A DNA stretch of 64,000 bases from an uncultured Gemmatimonadales bacterium. GTDB taxonomy: Bacteria > Gemmatimonadota > Gemmatimonadetes > Longimicrobiales > RSA9. The stretch spans positions 192,001 to 256,000 of the forward strand of contig CAWCUS010000001.1 in NCBI GenBank assembly GCA_963798845.1, in the 5' to 3' direction. Position 1 is the first letter of the stretch. Each line of letters opens with the position of its first letter. Below, piece by piece: positions 39,835-49,972 of this stretch. The notes beneath the pieces were generated by a model. That model did no database searches, had not been told where the DNA came from, and saw only the letters and a program-made list of their open reading frames with translations. The position numbers were made by a program, and so were the translations under genes.

Positions 39835-39864
39835 AAAACGGCCCCGCACCGTGCGGGGCCGTTT
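39835..39864. terminator. Intrinsic terminator hairpin between convergent dinB and hppA
   Basis: AAACGGCCCCGCAC-C-GTGCGGGGCCGTTT perfect stem; TTTT tail on the minus strand. Confidence 0.8.
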
Positions 39865-39889
39865 CCCCTGCGTTTCGGGGCCGTCCGGC

Positions 39890-42025
39890 TCAGCCGAAGA
39901 TGCCGGCGAGCAGGTGGCGAGCGCCGTCCAGGAAGGACGTGACCGCCTGGTCCGAGACGAGGCCGTGGACGCGGGCGAACCACGGCGCGAGCACGAGGGA
40001 GACCACGCTCATGAGCTTGATCAGGATGTTGAGCGACGGGCCCGACGTGTCCTTGAACGGGTCACCGACGGTGTCACCGACCACGGCCGCCTTGTGCGGA
40101 TCGGAGCCCTTGCCGCCGAGCGCGCCCTTCTCAATGTACTTCTTCGCGTTGTCCCACGCCCCACCGGCGTTGGCCATGAACAGCGCCATGAGCACGCCGG
40201 TCACGGTGGCGCCGGCCAGCATCCCGCCGAGAGCGAGCACGCTGAAGTAGCCGACGACGACGGGGGCGATCACGGCCACCAGGCCCGGCAGGATCATCTC
40301 TCGCAGCGCGGCGCGCGTGGAGATGTCCACGCAGCGGGCGCTGTCGGGCTCCTGCGTGCCGTCCATGATGCCCGGCATCTCGCGGAACTGGCGCCGCACC
40401 TCTTCCACCATGCCGCCCGCCGCGCGGCCCACGGCCGTCATCGTGAGTGCGCTGATGAAGAAGGGCAGCGTGCCGCCGATGAGAAGGCCGATGGTGACCT
40501 GCGGATCCAGGATGTTCAGCCCGGTCCCGGCGCGCAGCCCGACGGCGGTGGTGTAGGCGCTGAAGAGCGCCAGGGCCGTGAGGGCGGCCGACCCAATGGC
40601 GAAGCCCTTGCCCATGGCCGCCGTCGTGTTGCCGATGGCGTCGAGGCCGTCGGTGATGGCCCGAACCTCCGGCCCGAGACCACCCATCTCCGAGATGCCG
40701 CCCGCGTTGTCGGCAATGGGGCCGTACGCGTCGACGGACATGGTGACGCCCGTGGTGGCGAGCATGCCGACCGCGGAAATGCCAATGCCGTAGAGGCCGG
40801 CGAAGTAGTAGGCCACGCCGATGGCCAGGGCGATGAGCAGCACGGGCACCACCGTGGACTCCATGCCGACGGCCAGCCCGTTGATGATGTTCGTGGCCGC
40901 GCCCGTCTTGCTCGCCTCGGCAATGCGGCGGACCGGGCCCGCGGCGGTGTAGTACTCGGTGACCAGCCCGATCGCCACGCCCACCACGGTGCCCGCGACG
41001 ATGGCCCAGAAGGGACCCGTGGCCGGGTACGCCTTGGCGGTGACCGGATCGAAGACCTCGAACCCGAGCGCCTGCACGACGAAGTACATGCTGACCAGGA
41101 AGAGCGCCGCCGCCACGAACATCACGTTGCGCAGGGCCGCGGCCGGGTTGACGCGCTCGAACGCCTTGAGCATCGCGATGCCGATCAGGGACGCGACGAG
41201 GCCGATCATGACCGTGAGCAGCGGCAGCGCCACCGCCTCGGCCCGGTTGGCCGCGTACAGCACGCTGGAAGCGCCGATCGCCATGGTGGCGATGATGCTG
41301 CCGACGTAGCTCTCGAAGATGTCGGCGCCCATGCCCGCCACGTCACCGACGTTGTCCCCCACGTTGTCGGCGATGGTGGCCGGGTTGCGGGGATCGTCTT
41401 CGGGAATGCCCGCCTCCAGCTTTCCGACCAGGTCCGCACCGACGTCGGCGGCCTTGGTGTAGATGCCGCCGCCCACGCGGGCGAACAGGGCAATCGAGCT
41501 GGCGCCCATGGCGTAGCCGCTGATGATCTCGGCAAAGGAGCGGAAGTCGAAGTCGGTGATGGCACCGGAGGCCTTCCACCAGTACCAGATCCCGATGCCG
41601 ACGAGGCCGAGCGCGGCCACGGAGAGGCCCATGACCGAGCCGCCGAAGAATGCGATCCGGAGCGCCTTGCCCTGCCCCGACTCGTTGGCCGCCGCGGACG
41701 TGCGGACGTTGGCCCGCGTCGCCGCGTTCATGCCGAAGAAGCCGGCGAGCACCGAGCTCAGCGCGCCCGTGAAGTACGCCGCGGCGGTGTACACGCCGAT
41801 AGCCCACCAGAGGAGCGCAGCGACCACGACCACGAAGAGCGCCAGGAACGTATACTCCCGGCGCAGGAACGCCATCGCCCCTTCATGGATCCGATCGGCC
41901 AACGTCTGCATGAGTTCGGATCCCGCCGACTGAGCCTTCACGTAATAGAACAGCCCGAGCGCCACTAACAGGCCCACGAGTCCAAGAAGCGGCGCCCACT
42001 GGGTCCATGTCACCAGTTCCGTCAC
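39890..42025 (-). CDS. hppA: Membrane-bound K+-dependent, probably Na+-translocating pyrophosphatase
   Basis: [34 protein letters not shown] (TM6 Glu), [10 protein letters not shown] (Ala form is K+-dependent), [14 protein letters not shown]. Confidence 0.95.
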   Translation of the reverse strand: MTELVTWTQWAPLLGLVGLLVALGLFYYVKAQSAGSELMQTLADRIHEGAMAFLRREYTFLALFVVVVAALLWWAIGVYTAAAYFTGALSSVLAGFFGMNAATRANVRTSAAANESGQGKALRIAFFGGSVMGLSVAALGLVGIGIWYWWKASGAITDFDFRSFAEIISGYAMGASSIALFARVGGGIYTKAADVGADLVGKLEAGIPEDDPRNPATIADNVGDNVGDVAGMGADIFESYVGSIIATMAIGASSVLYAANRAEAVALPLLTVMIGLVASLIGIAMLKAFERVNPAAALRNVMFVAAALFLVSMYFVVQALGFEVFDPVTAKAYPATGPFWAIVAGTVVGVAIGLVTEYYTAAGPVRRIAEASKTGAATNIINGLAVGMESTVVPVLLIALAIGVAYYFAGLYGIGISAVGMLATTGVTMSVDAYGPIADNAGGISEMGGLGPEVRAITDGLDAIGNTTAAMGKGFAIGSAALTALALFSAYTTAVGLRAGTGLNILDPQVTIGLLIGGTLPFFISALTMTAVGRAAGGMVEEVRRQFREMPGIMDGTQEPDSARCVDISTRAALREMILPGLVAVIAPVVVGYFSVLALGGMLAGATVTGVLMALFMANAGGAWDNAKKYIEKGALGGKGSDPHKAAVVGDTVGDPFKDTSGPSLNILIKLMSVVSLVLAPWFARVHGLVSDQAVTSFLDGARHLLAGIFG

Positions 42026-42041
42026 CTGCCCCTCCGTTCTC

Positions 42042-42605
42042 TTATCGGTTGCAGCGGCTCATCGCCGCTTCTATTTCCCCGCCCACCCACAACCCCACCG
42101 CCGTCACCAGCTCGGGCATGAGAGCCAGGACCGCGTCCTCATCCGGCGGATCGAACTCCGACAGAACCCAATCTGCCAGGTCCGCTCCCGGTGGGGGCGA
42201 CCCTACGCCCACCCGCAGCCGCGCGTACTCCTGCGTGCCGAGCGCGGCTTCCACCGACTTCAGGCCGTTGTGCCCGCCCGTGCTGCCTGCCGGACGCAGG
42301 CGTACACGCCCGGTGTCGAGCGCCACGTCGTCAACGACCACCAACAGGTCCTCAGCAATGTCGAATTCCGGATCGGACCGGAGGGGCGCCAGGGCGGCGC
42401 CACTCCGATTCATGAACGTGAGCGGCTTGACCAGCAAGACGCTCCGGCCATCCACCTCTCCGCCGGCCAGGAGCGCGGGGCCGCTCCGCTCGAACGGACC
42501 GAGCCCGTACGCCTGGCTCAATCGATCGACCACCCACCACCCGACGTTGTGCCGGGTGGCTTCGTACTCCGGGCCCGGGTTCCCGAGCCCGCAGATCACT
42601 TTCAC
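42042..42605 (-). CDS. pth: Peptidyl-tRNA hydrolase
   Basis: [30 protein letters not shown]. Confidence 0.97.
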   Translation of the reverse strand: MKVICGLGNPGPEYEATRHNVGWWVVDRLSQAYGLGPFERSGPALLAGGEVDGRSVLLVKPLTFMNRSGAALAPLRSDPEFDIAEDLLVVVDDVALDTGRVRLRPAGSTGGHNGLKSVEAALGTQEYARLRVGVGSPPPGADLADWVLSEFDPPDEDAVLALMPELVTAVGLWVGGEIEAAMSRCNR

Positions 42606-42626
42606 GGCGGGGCTCCGGCGGAGGCC

Positions 42627-43304
42627 CTACTCCTCGGCGTCGGACCCCTCGCCCTCGGCCTCTTCCGACTCCTCGCCCACGAGCTCCGGCGCACCGGCCA
42701 CGAGCTCCTCCTCCTCGGCCTCCTCGGCCACCTCGAGAACGGTCGGCGCAGCCACGGTGCACACGGTGCGGTCCAGATCGATCAGGAGATCAATGCCCTC
42801 GGGGAGGTCGAGCTCGCCCACATGGATCGAGTCCCCGATCCCGAGTGTGGAGACGTCGGCCTCGAGCGCGTCGGGGATGTTCTCCACGGCACACACGAGC
42901 TCGACCTCGTGGAGCACGTGCTGGAGCACGCCACCGGCCCGAACGCCGGCGGCGGTGCCGGTCAGCCTGATGGGGACCTCGACCGTGACCCGCTCGCCCG
43001 CGTGGATCTGCTGGAAGTCGACGTGCAGGACTTCCGGCTTGTAGGGGTGAGTCTGGACTTCGCTCACCAGCGCGCGGACGTTGCCGCCCGCCTGCCCCTC
43101 GATCGTCAGATCGATCAGCGTGGTGTCCAGCGAATGCTGCTTCAGCAGCATCTCGAACTCGTGGGCGTCGAGCGAGAGCGCGTGCGTTTCCTCGCCTCGC
43201 CCGTAGACCACTGCGGGAATCCGGCCTGCACGGCGCATGCGACGGGCCGCGTTCTTCCCGGTCTCCGTCCGAAGCGTCGCCTTCAGTGTTGCATTCTCCG
43301 ACAT
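42627..43304 (-). CDS. rplY: 50S ribosomal protein L25/Ctc
   Basis: GRIPAVVYG, HVDFQ, GVRAGG, C-terminal acidic tail. Confidence 0.96.
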   Translation of the reverse strand: MSENATLKATLRTETGKNAARRMRRAGRIPAVVYGRGEETHALSLDAHEFEMLLKQHSLDTTLIDLTIEGQAGGNVRALVSEVQTHPYKPEVLHVDFQQIHAGERVTVEVPIRLTGTAAGVRAGGVLQHVLHEVELVCAVENIPDALEADVSTLGIGDSIHVGELDLPEGIDLLIDLDRTVCTVAAPTVLEVAEEAEEEELVAGAPELVGEESEEAEGEGSDAEE

Positions 43305-43318
43305 GCTTTCCTTCTCTC

Positions 43319-44269
43319 CTAGTCGAACAGCTGGCTCACCGACTCGTTCGAGTGGGTGTACCGGATCGCCCGCGCCAGCAACTGTGCCACCGAGAGCACC
43401 CTGAGTTTGTCGAACCGCCGTGTCTCGGGGACATGCAGCGTGTTCGTGACCACCACTTCCGTGACCGGCGCCTCCGACAACCGCCTGACCGCGGGCCCCG
43501 ACAGCAGCGGATGCGTGGCGGCCACGTAGATCTCCGTGGCCCCACGCTCCTGAAGCGCCTCGATCACGCTCGTCATCGTGCCCGCCGTGTCGATCATGTC
43601 GTCGACCACGATGCACCGCCGGCCCTCCACCTCACCGACGATGTTCAGCACCTCGGCCACGTTGTGGGCGGGGCGCCGCTTGTCGATGATGGCGAAGGAG
43701 GCGTCGATGCGCCGGGCGAAACCCCGCGCCATCTTCGCGGCGCCCACGTCGGGTGCCACCACCACCACATCGCTCAGCTCCATCTGCCGGAAGTATCCGG
43801 TCAGCACGGGTGCGGCGTACAGGTGATCCACCGGCACGTCGAAGAAGCCCTGGAGCTGGTGCGTGTGGAAGTCGATCCCCAGCACCCGCTCGCACCCGGC
43901 CGCCACCATCAGGTTGGCCAGGAGCTTCGCCCCGATCGCCACACGCGGCTGGTCCTTCCGGTCCTGGCGCGAATAGCCATAGTACGGCATCACCGCCGTG
44001 ACCCTCGCCGCCGACGCTCGCTTCGCCGCGTCCACCAGGAGCAGCAGCTCCATGATGCTGTCCGCGGGCGGCGGCGTCGGCTGGACGATGAAGACATCGC
44101 GGCCCCGCGCGTTCTGGTTCAGCCGGACGAAGATCTCACCGTCCGCGAACCGTGACACCGTCGCGTCCGCGAGCTGCTGCCCGAGCGCATCCGCGACCTC
44201 CTCCGCCAGCGGCCGGTTGGCCGTGCCGGAGAGCAGCATCATGGGACCGTGCGCGCTGTCTTCGGGCAT
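43319..44269 (-). CDS. prs: Ribose-phosphate pyrophosphokinase
   Basis: FADGEI, PYYGYSRQDRK, VVAPDVG, VDDMIDTAGT. Confidence 0.97.
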   Translation of the reverse strand: MPEDSAHGPMMLLSGTANRPLAEEVADALGQQLADATVSRFADGEIFVRLNQNARGRDVFIVQPTPPPADSIMELLLLVDAAKRASAARVTAVMPYYGYSRQDRKDQPRVAIGAKLLANLMVAAGCERVLGIDFHTHQLQGFFDVPVDHLYAAPVLTGYFRQMELSDVVVVAPDVGAAKMARGFARRIDASFAIIDKRRPAHNVAEVLNIVGEVEGRRCIVVDDMIDTAGTMTSVIEALQERGATEIYVAATHPLLSGPAVRRLSEAPVTEVVVTNTLHVPETRRFDKLRVLSVAQLLARAIRYTHSNESVSQLFD

Positions 44270-44310
44270 CCGCGTGTAGCCTCATCACCGCCAAGTTTCA
44301 ACAGCCTCGG

Positions 44311-44339
44311 AAGCTATCCGGGTCGTCTGGTCCGGTCAA
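44311..44339 (-). promoter_or_regulatory. Sigma-70 promoter of the prs-rplY-pth operon
   Basis: Minus strand TTGACC, 17 nt, TAGCTT. Confidence 0.6.
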
Positions 44340-44992
44340 CCACCCGACGGCTCGCCGGGCGGAGACTCCGGGGACTTCGTGGGCGTGCGCTCGTCGCGGA
44401 AGTAGTCCTCGGCGAGGCGCGCCATCGTACGCTGGAACACGGCCTGGGCACGGCCACCCGAAAGGCGCATCCGCTCAATGTAGTCCTCCACGGCCTCGTC
44501 CAGCGCCGCGTGATCGCGCAGCACCGCCGCGAACACCGCGGCATTGTCGATATGGGCCCGGATCACGCCCTCCTCGGCTCTCGCCATTGCGAGGCTGACC
44601 CGCTCGTCCATCTCTGCGCCGACCCTGACCTTCCGCGCCAGGCCCTTCATCAGCACGTCGGGACGGAAACGCTTCAGTCCGTCCATTTCACCCGCTTCCT
44701 CGTAGGCCACGGGGAGGGTTGGCCGGTCCTCACCGGCGCCCGATTCGCGGACCGCGATGAGCACGCGTGAACGAACGGACGCGGCCATGGCGTCGTCCAC
44801 GTCCATTTCCGCGAGATAGCGCTCCACTGCCTCATCGAACGGCAGCGACGCGGCCATGAGGGCGATGAAGCGGAGCGCGTGAGCCGTGTGGGCCTCCACG
44901 AGCGCCTCCCACGCCGTGGCGGCGGCCACGTCGATCTGACGGCGCACCGACTCCGGCAGGCGCCGGAATCTCAGCGGTCCAACGGGTGCCAT
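44336..44992 (-). CDS. Hypothetical protein with an internal two-fold helical repeat
   Basis: AGGAG SD and good codon bias. Repeat units ...AHTAHALRF...DEAVERYL... and ...AHIDNAAVF...DEAVEDYI... Confidence 0.8.
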   Translation of the reverse strand: MAPVGPLRFRRLPESVRRQIDVAAATAWEALVEAHTAHALRFIALMAASLPFDEAVERYLAEMDVDDAMAASVRSRVLIAVRESGAGEDRPTLPVAYEEAGEMDGLKRFRPDVLMKGLARKVRVGAEMDERVSLAMARAEEGVIRAHIDNAAVFAAVLRDHAALDEAVEDYIERMRLSGGRAQAVFQRTMARLAEDYFRDERTPTKSPESPPGEPSGG

Positions 44993-45517
44993 GGGGCTTC
45001 TCCTCTACGCTCCAAAATGCCCCCGGGCGGCGAACGCGGACGGCGTCCGGGGGAATCCACACCTGCCTTCCGGGGCGAACATCGGGGCTGCCTCCACGCA
45101 CGCGGCGCAGCCCGTCCCGGGCCCCCGCCCGGCGTCCCCGTACCATCTCCGTCGCGCCTTCCGGCACTCCGGCCCGCTGATGATGACGCGCTTCGACGGC
45201 CCCAGCAAGCGGTGCCCGCCAGTCGGTCACGGCGTGAGGTGGATCACCCACTCGCGGGTCCCGGCGGCGGCGCCCCTTCGTTCACCTCCTGGACGGCTCC
45301 CGCCTCCCCTCACGATCCGGCTCGCGCCGTGATCGGACCGGCCGGTGCCGCAATCCGACCGTCTCCTCGAGCCGGCTTGGCGAATCTGGCGCGACGGCTC
45401 GACATTCCGTACAGCATGAGGCGCAGCCGGGACACCGCCGCTGTCCAGACCCGACATCCGGAGGCCGCATTGGTCGACGCAGAAGCCACTCAGCCGTCTC
45501 CAGCCGTCAGCTCGCAC

Positions 45518-46291
45518 ATGATCGGCGTGGTCGTCGTCGAGGATGAAGGACTGGCGCGCCGCACCATGGTCGACCTCCTCCACGAGGATCCCGAGCTCGA
45601 GGTGCTCGCGGAGACGTGGGGGAGCGACGCCCCGGACGTGATCCGTCGCACCCGGCCCGACCTCATCCTGCTGGACGTGCAGATGCCGGGCATGGACGGA
45701 TTCGAGGTGCTGGCCACTCTCGGACTGGATCTGCCCGTGACCATCCTGGTGACGGCCTACGACTCGTATGCGGTGCGCGCATTCGAGGTCCGTGCGATCG
45801 ACTACGTGTTGAAGCCGTTCACGGACGAACGCCTGCGCGAGTCGGTGGAACGGGCCAAGGAGGTGGTCCGCCGGGGGCTGCGCGACGACGAGGCCAGGAA
45901 GATCCTCAAGCTGGTCAAGAGCCGAACCGGGCGGGGGCTGCCGCCGCTGCCGGTTCAGACGTCCAGGGACCGTGTCATCATCATGGACGGGGCCCGGAAG
46001 CTGATCCTCGACCCACACGCCATCAGCTGGATCGAGGCGGAGGGCCCCTACGCTCGCCTCCATCGACGATCGGATTCGCTGCTGGTGCGCGCATCGCTCA
46101 CGTCGCTGACGGAGCAGCTGGGTCCGCTCGGGTTCTTCCGCATCCACCGCTCCGCGGTGGTGAACATGGGCTGGGTCGAGGAGGTGCGGCCGCTGACCCA
46201 CGGCGACCACCTGGTGGTGTTGACCGAAGGGACGGAGCTGAAGCTGAGTCGCTCGCGACGCGACGCCTTCGAGGAGCGGCTGCTGCCATGA
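45518..46291 (+). CDS. LytTR family response regulator
   Basis: VEDE, LLDVQMPGMDG, TAYD, DYVLKP; LytTR domain FFRIHRSAVVN, LSRSRR. Confidence 0.94.
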   Translation: MIGVVVVEDEGLARRTMVDLLHEDPELEVLAETWGSDAPDVIRRTRPDLILLDVQMPGMDGFEVLATLGLDLPVTILVTAYDSYAVRAFEVRAIDYVLKPFTDERLRESVERAKEVVRRGLRDDEARKILKLVKSRTGRGLPPLPVQTSRDRVIIMDGARKLILDPHAISWIEAEGPYARLHRRSDSLLVRASLTSLTEQLGPLGFFRIHRSAVVNMGWVEEVRPLTHGDHLVVLTEGTELKLSRSRRDAFEERLLP

Positions 46292-47430
46292 GTGCTGGCC
46301 GTGACGGCGACATCCGCCGGGCGACGCTCGACCCGGAGCGCAAGCCCACCCGGTTCGAGGACGCTCTCGGCTTCTGGTTCGTCACGCGCACCCGCAGAGT
46401 GGTCGGCGTGATCGCCGTCTTCCTCGCCATCGCCCTGGTGGCCGCGTCCCAGGTCTACCTGAACTGGCGACAGGCGAACGTCGACGTCCAGTTCCTCCCG
46501 CTGCTCGCGCTCAAGATCGGGGAATGGATGCTGTGGGCGTCCCTCGTCCCCCTCGTCTTCGCCGTGGACCGCCGCTGGGGCTTCGCGGCTGGCCACCCGC
46601 TCGTGGGTACGGCGGTTCACCTGCTCCTGGCCGTCTCCTGGTTCGCCATCCTCAACGGCCTGATGACGGCGGCGGCCCCGCTCGTCGATCCCCTGGCGCG
46701 GCGGGAAGACTTCTGGACCCATTACCTGATCCGCGCAAGCCAGCGATGGCCGAACCAGCTCGTCATCTACTCGCTCATCCTGGCCGTACCCTCGGCGCTC
46801 GGGAGCGTGCTGCAGCGCGAGCGGCTCGAACGGGAGCTGGCAGAGGCCCGGCTCCAGAACCTGCGACTCCAGCTCCAGCCCCACTTCCTCTTCAACACGC
46901 TCCACACCATCGGCGCGCTGGTCCGGTCCGGAGAGCGCGGCACGGCAGTCCACACGATCTCGGCGCTGGCGGACCTGCTCAGAAGAGCGCTTTCCCACGT
47001 CGAGTCCGAGAAGGTCACGGTCGGCGAGGAGATGGAGTTCCTTGACCGGTACTCGACCATCCAGGGCATCCGTTTCGGGAGCCGACTGACGATCCGGACG
47101 TGCGTCGCCGAGGACTGCCGTGGCGCGCTGATCCCGAGCATGATCCTCCAGCCGCTGGTCGAGAACGCGATCCGCCACGGCATCGAGCCGGTGACGTCGA
47201 GGGGTACGATCCGGATCGACATCGAGCGGCGGACCGGCTCGCTGGCCGTGAGCGTGACCGACAACGGGGCCGGGTTCCGCCAGGAGGTCGACGAGACGGG
47301 CTGGGAGGGGATCGGCCTGTCCACTACGAAGCGACGCCTGCGAGCGCTCTACGGCGGCCGTCACCGTCTCAGCATCTCCTCGGACGGGGCGGGTTGCGTC
47401 GTGGCCTTCTCGATCCCGTTCGAGACGTGA
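46288..47430 (+). CDS. LytS/YehU family sensor histidine kinase
   Basis: TM segments, QLQPHFLFNTL, LQPLVENAIRHG, DNGAG, GIGL. ATGA overlap with the regulator. Confidence 0.93.
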   Translation: MSAGRDGDIRRATLDPERKPTRFEDALGFWFVTRTRRVVGVIAVFLAIALVAASQVYLNWRQANVDVQFLPLLALKIGEWMLWASLVPLVFAVDRRWGFAAGHPLVGTAVHLLLAVSWFAILNGLMTAAAPLVDPLARREDFWTHYLIRASQRWPNQLVIYSLILAVPSALGSVLQRERLERELAEARLQNLRLQLQPHFLFNTLHTIGALVRSGERGTAVHTISALADLLRRALSHVESEKVTVGEEMEFLDRYSTIQGIRFGSRLTIRTCVAEDCRGALIPSMILQPLVENAIRHGIEPVTSRGTIRIDIERRTGSLAVSVTDNGAGFRQEVDETGWEGIGLSTTKRRLRALYGGRHRLSISSDGAGCVVAFSIPFET

Positions 47431-47481
47431 GCGGAAGGGACGAATTGTCCGCAGGGGCGACGCTGCGGGCGAGGAAGTGCT

Positions 47482-48336
47482 TCATCCCCCGGCGTCAGGC
47501 CGCAGCAGGACCGCGCCCCCGCCCGAGCGCTTCACCTCGTACATCAGCGCGTCGGCGAGCTGGAACGCCACGGCCGGGGAGTCCGGGGGGCGAGAGAACG
47601 CGACCATGCCCGCGCTGAACGTGATCCGCCATCCCTCTCGGCGCATGCTCTCGTCGAGCCGACGCATGAGCCTGTCCACCACGATGCGCGCCTGATCGAT
47701 GTCGGTGTCCGGTAGCACGATGACGAACTCGTCGCCCCCGATGCGAGCGACCAGGTCGGAGCGCCGGCGCCCCAGGTTCAGCGTCTCTCCCACCCGGCGC
47801 AGCACCCGATCTCCCTCTTCGTGGCCCAGCGCATCGTTGACCGCCTTGAACCCATCGAGGTCCAGGTATCCGACGCAGGCAGGTCGCTCGAGTCGGCGAC
47901 AGAGGTTCAGCGTCACCTGCGTCGCCTCCAGGAGCGCCCGGCGGTTCAGGAGCCCGGTCACGGGATCCGTCCGCGCGAACAGCCGCTCGCGCTCGAATCG
48001 CTCCCGCAGCAATGCCACGAGCACGGCGATGGTGATGAAGTAGGTCAGACGCACGAGCGCGTTCCAGAACGCGGTCGCCGTCGTGTCGTACACGGCGCCG
48101 GACGTCGCGTCCACGAGCAGCCACACCGCTGCCGCCAGGCCGCTGAAGATGAGGCCCGTCATCCGGCTGCCGTACCACGCCATCACCGCGATCGGCGCGA
48201 CGTAGAACACCGAGAACGAGAGCTGGTACCCTGTGACGTGGTCGAGCACGCCGACGACGGCAAGCAGCGTCGAGGCGAGTGCGGCCAGCGCAGGGAGCGA
48301 GAACGGACGCAGCAAGGCGTCCAGGCGCTGCAGCAT
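47482..48336 (-). CDS. Membrane-bound diguanylate cyclase
   Basis: About 4 TM segments; TDPVTGLLNRR, DLDGFKAVND, intact I-site RRSD and GGDEF. Confidence 0.93.
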   Translation of the reverse strand: MLQRLDALLRPFSLPALAALASTLLAVVGVLDHVTGYQLSFSVFYVAPIAVMAWYGSRMTGLIFSGLAAAVWLLVDATSGAVYDTTATAFWNALVRLTYFITIAVLVALLRERFERERLFARTDPVTGLLNRRALLEATQVTLNLCRRLERPACVGYLDLDGFKAVNDALGHEEGDRVLRRVGETLNLGRRRSDLVARIGGDEFVIVLPDTDIDQARIVVDRLMRRLDESMRREGWRITFSAGMVAFSRPPDSPAVAFQLADALMYEVKRSGGGAVLLRPDAGG

Positions 48337-48488
48337 GCGGATCCACGGAGGAGGGATGGTCCGGGCGCCGGAGCCCGGACGGGGACTCCGGCCAATCTTG
48401 CCCAGCCACGCCATCCTCAACGTGGCGTGGGCTTTCTCGCGCGCGACCGCCGCGGGCGACTTCGGTCGCTTCCGCGATCCCGAATCAG

Positions 48489-48559
48489 CTCCCCGGGGTG
48501 GATTCGAACCACCATTGGAGGATCCAAAGTCCTCCGTCCTGCCATTAGACGACCGGGGA
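48489..48559 (-). tRNA. tRNA-Gln (UUG), CCA not encoded
   Basis: Cloverleaf with acceptor stem TCCCCGG/CCGGGGA, anticodon arm GAGGA-CTTTGGA-TCCTC and T arm GGTGG-TTCGAAT-CCACC. Confidence 0.96.
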
Positions 48560-48594
48560 TCGCGTTCCGCGCGCTGTGCGCGGCTCACCGAAGC

Positions 48595-48623
48595 AAGATG
48601 GGCAACGTCGGCGCCGCGATCAA
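48595..48623 (-). promoter_or_regulatory. Putative sigma-70 promoter of tRNA-Gln
   Basis: Minus strand TTGATC, 17 nt, CATCTT. Confidence 0.45.
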
Positions 48624-48741
48624 TCCGAGGCGTTGCGGGACGCGGCCTGCTGGACCACCCGCCTCGACCCGAGGGCCCGGGCGCACCCCTCCACGACGCG
48701 CGCGCTCTCCCGCCCCTCGAAGACCATGGTAAACCTTTTCC

Positions 48742-48773
48742 ATACAAGTATTTAGCGCGGCACGAGGCGTGCG
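48742..48773 (+). promoter_or_regulatory. Putative IHF site plus sigma-54 promoter of the GT4-GH133 operon
   Basis: AT-rich ATACAAGTATTTA (CAA-N4-TTR) directly before CGGCACGAGGCGTGCG (GG at 48759-60, N10, GC at 48771-72). Confidence 0.5.
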
Positions 48774-48874
48774 CTTGGTGCAGGATGCGAGGTCGGCCGT
48801 TCGGTCGATCGGCGCCGGCGTTTTCCCATGTATCACGGGCGTGCAGCCCCACCCACGCAAGGAAGAAGCGGCAA

Positions 48875-49972
48875 ATGAAGATCGCGATGGTCTCCACACC
48901 CTTCGTCGCGGTTCCGCCGAGGGACTACGGCGGTACCGAGCTGGTCGTGAGCGAGCTGACGGAAGGGCTGGCGGCGCTCGGGCACGACGTGGCGCTGTTC
49001 GCAACCGGTGATTCCAGCACGCGGAGCGATCTGCGGTGCTTCTATCCACGGGCGGCGTGGCCGCCGAACGTGATGGACGATCTGAACCACGTATCGTGGG
49101 CGATGCAGGAAGTCATTCACGACGGTTTCGATGTGGTGCACGTGCACTCGGCGGGGGCGCTCGCGTTCGGCCGGCTGATCCCGGGAATTCCGCTGGTCTA
49201 CACGCTCCATCACGTGCGGGACGAGACGCTGTCGAACTTCTACCGGTACTTCCCGGATGTGACGTACGTGGCGATCTCGGAGGACCAGCGGCGTCGGGAG
49301 GTGCAGCTCCCCCGGATGGAAGTCATCCATCACGCGCTGGATCCGGGCGCGTACGAGTGGACGACCAAACCGGAGGACTACGTCCTGTTCATCGGGCGTT
49401 TCGCCGAGATCAAGGGCCTGCACACTGCGGTGGACGCGGCCGCGCGGGCGGGTGTCCGGATCCGCGTCGCCGGCGACACCCATCCCGTGGACCGGGAATA
49501 TGGGGAACGTGAGGTGACGCCGAGGCTTCGGCAGCCTCACGTCGAGTATTTCGGGACCGTCGGAATGGACCGCAAAGTGCCGCTGCTCCGGGATGCGCGC
49601 GCGCTGCTGGTGCCGATCGAGTGGGACGAGCCGTTCGGGCTGGTCATGATCGAAGCGATGTTGTCCGGCTGCCCGGTGGTCGCGTTTCCTCGCGGCAGCG
49701 TGCCGGAGCTGGTGGAGGAGGGCAGGACCGGTTTCGTGGTCCGAGACATGGAGGACATGGTGCGGACGATCCGCCCCGGGGGCCCGTTGGATGGGTTCGA
49801 CCGCCGGCGCTGCCGCGAGCGGGCGGAGGCGCGCTTCGGTCGTCGGCGCATGGTTGAAGAGTATGCAGCGCTGTACGAGCGGCTCCGGGGGTGCGGCGGC
49901 CAGATTCTGCCGAGGCGGCCGGCACGGCCGGAGCTGGAAATCGCGCGAACCACGACGGGGAGGCCGGCATGA
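48875..49972 (+). CDS. Glycosyltransferase family 4 protein
   Basis: VPPRDYGGTE, FIGRFAEIKG, EPFGLVMIEAM (EX7E). Confidence 0.93.
   Translation: MKIAMVSTPFVAVPPRDYGGTELVVSELTEGLAALGHDVALFATGDSSTRSDLRCFYPRAAWPPNVMDDLNHVSWAMQEVIHDGFDVVHVHSAGALAFGRLIPGIPLVYTLHHVRDETLSNFYRYFPDVTYVAISEDQRRREVQLPRMEVIHHALDPGAYEWTTKPEDYVLFIGRFAEIKGLHTAVDAAARAGVRIRVAGDTHPVDREYGEREVTPRLRQPHVEYFGTVGMDRKVPLLRDARALLVPIEWDEPFGLVMIEAMLSGCPVVAFPRGSVPELVEEGRTGFVVRDMEDMVRTIRPGGPLDGFDRRRCRERAEARFGRRRMVEEYAALYERLRGCGGQILPRRPARPELEIARTTTGRPA

Noticed and set aside
44993..45517. About 520-bp intergenic gap with an AGGAGGTG on the minus strand; possible small gene, ncRNA or LytTR boxes
   Set aside because: No start codon at suitable spacing, no convincing direct repeats and no recognisable RNA motif.
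9237..48515. Genomic island bounded by a 16-bp tRNA-Gln repeat
   Set aside because: The interval holds essential core genes and no integrase.
47482..48897. Extended 471-aa GGDEF ORF running through tRNA-Gln
   Set aside because: The extension overlaps the tRNA and promoters; the protein-like sequence begins at ATG 48336.
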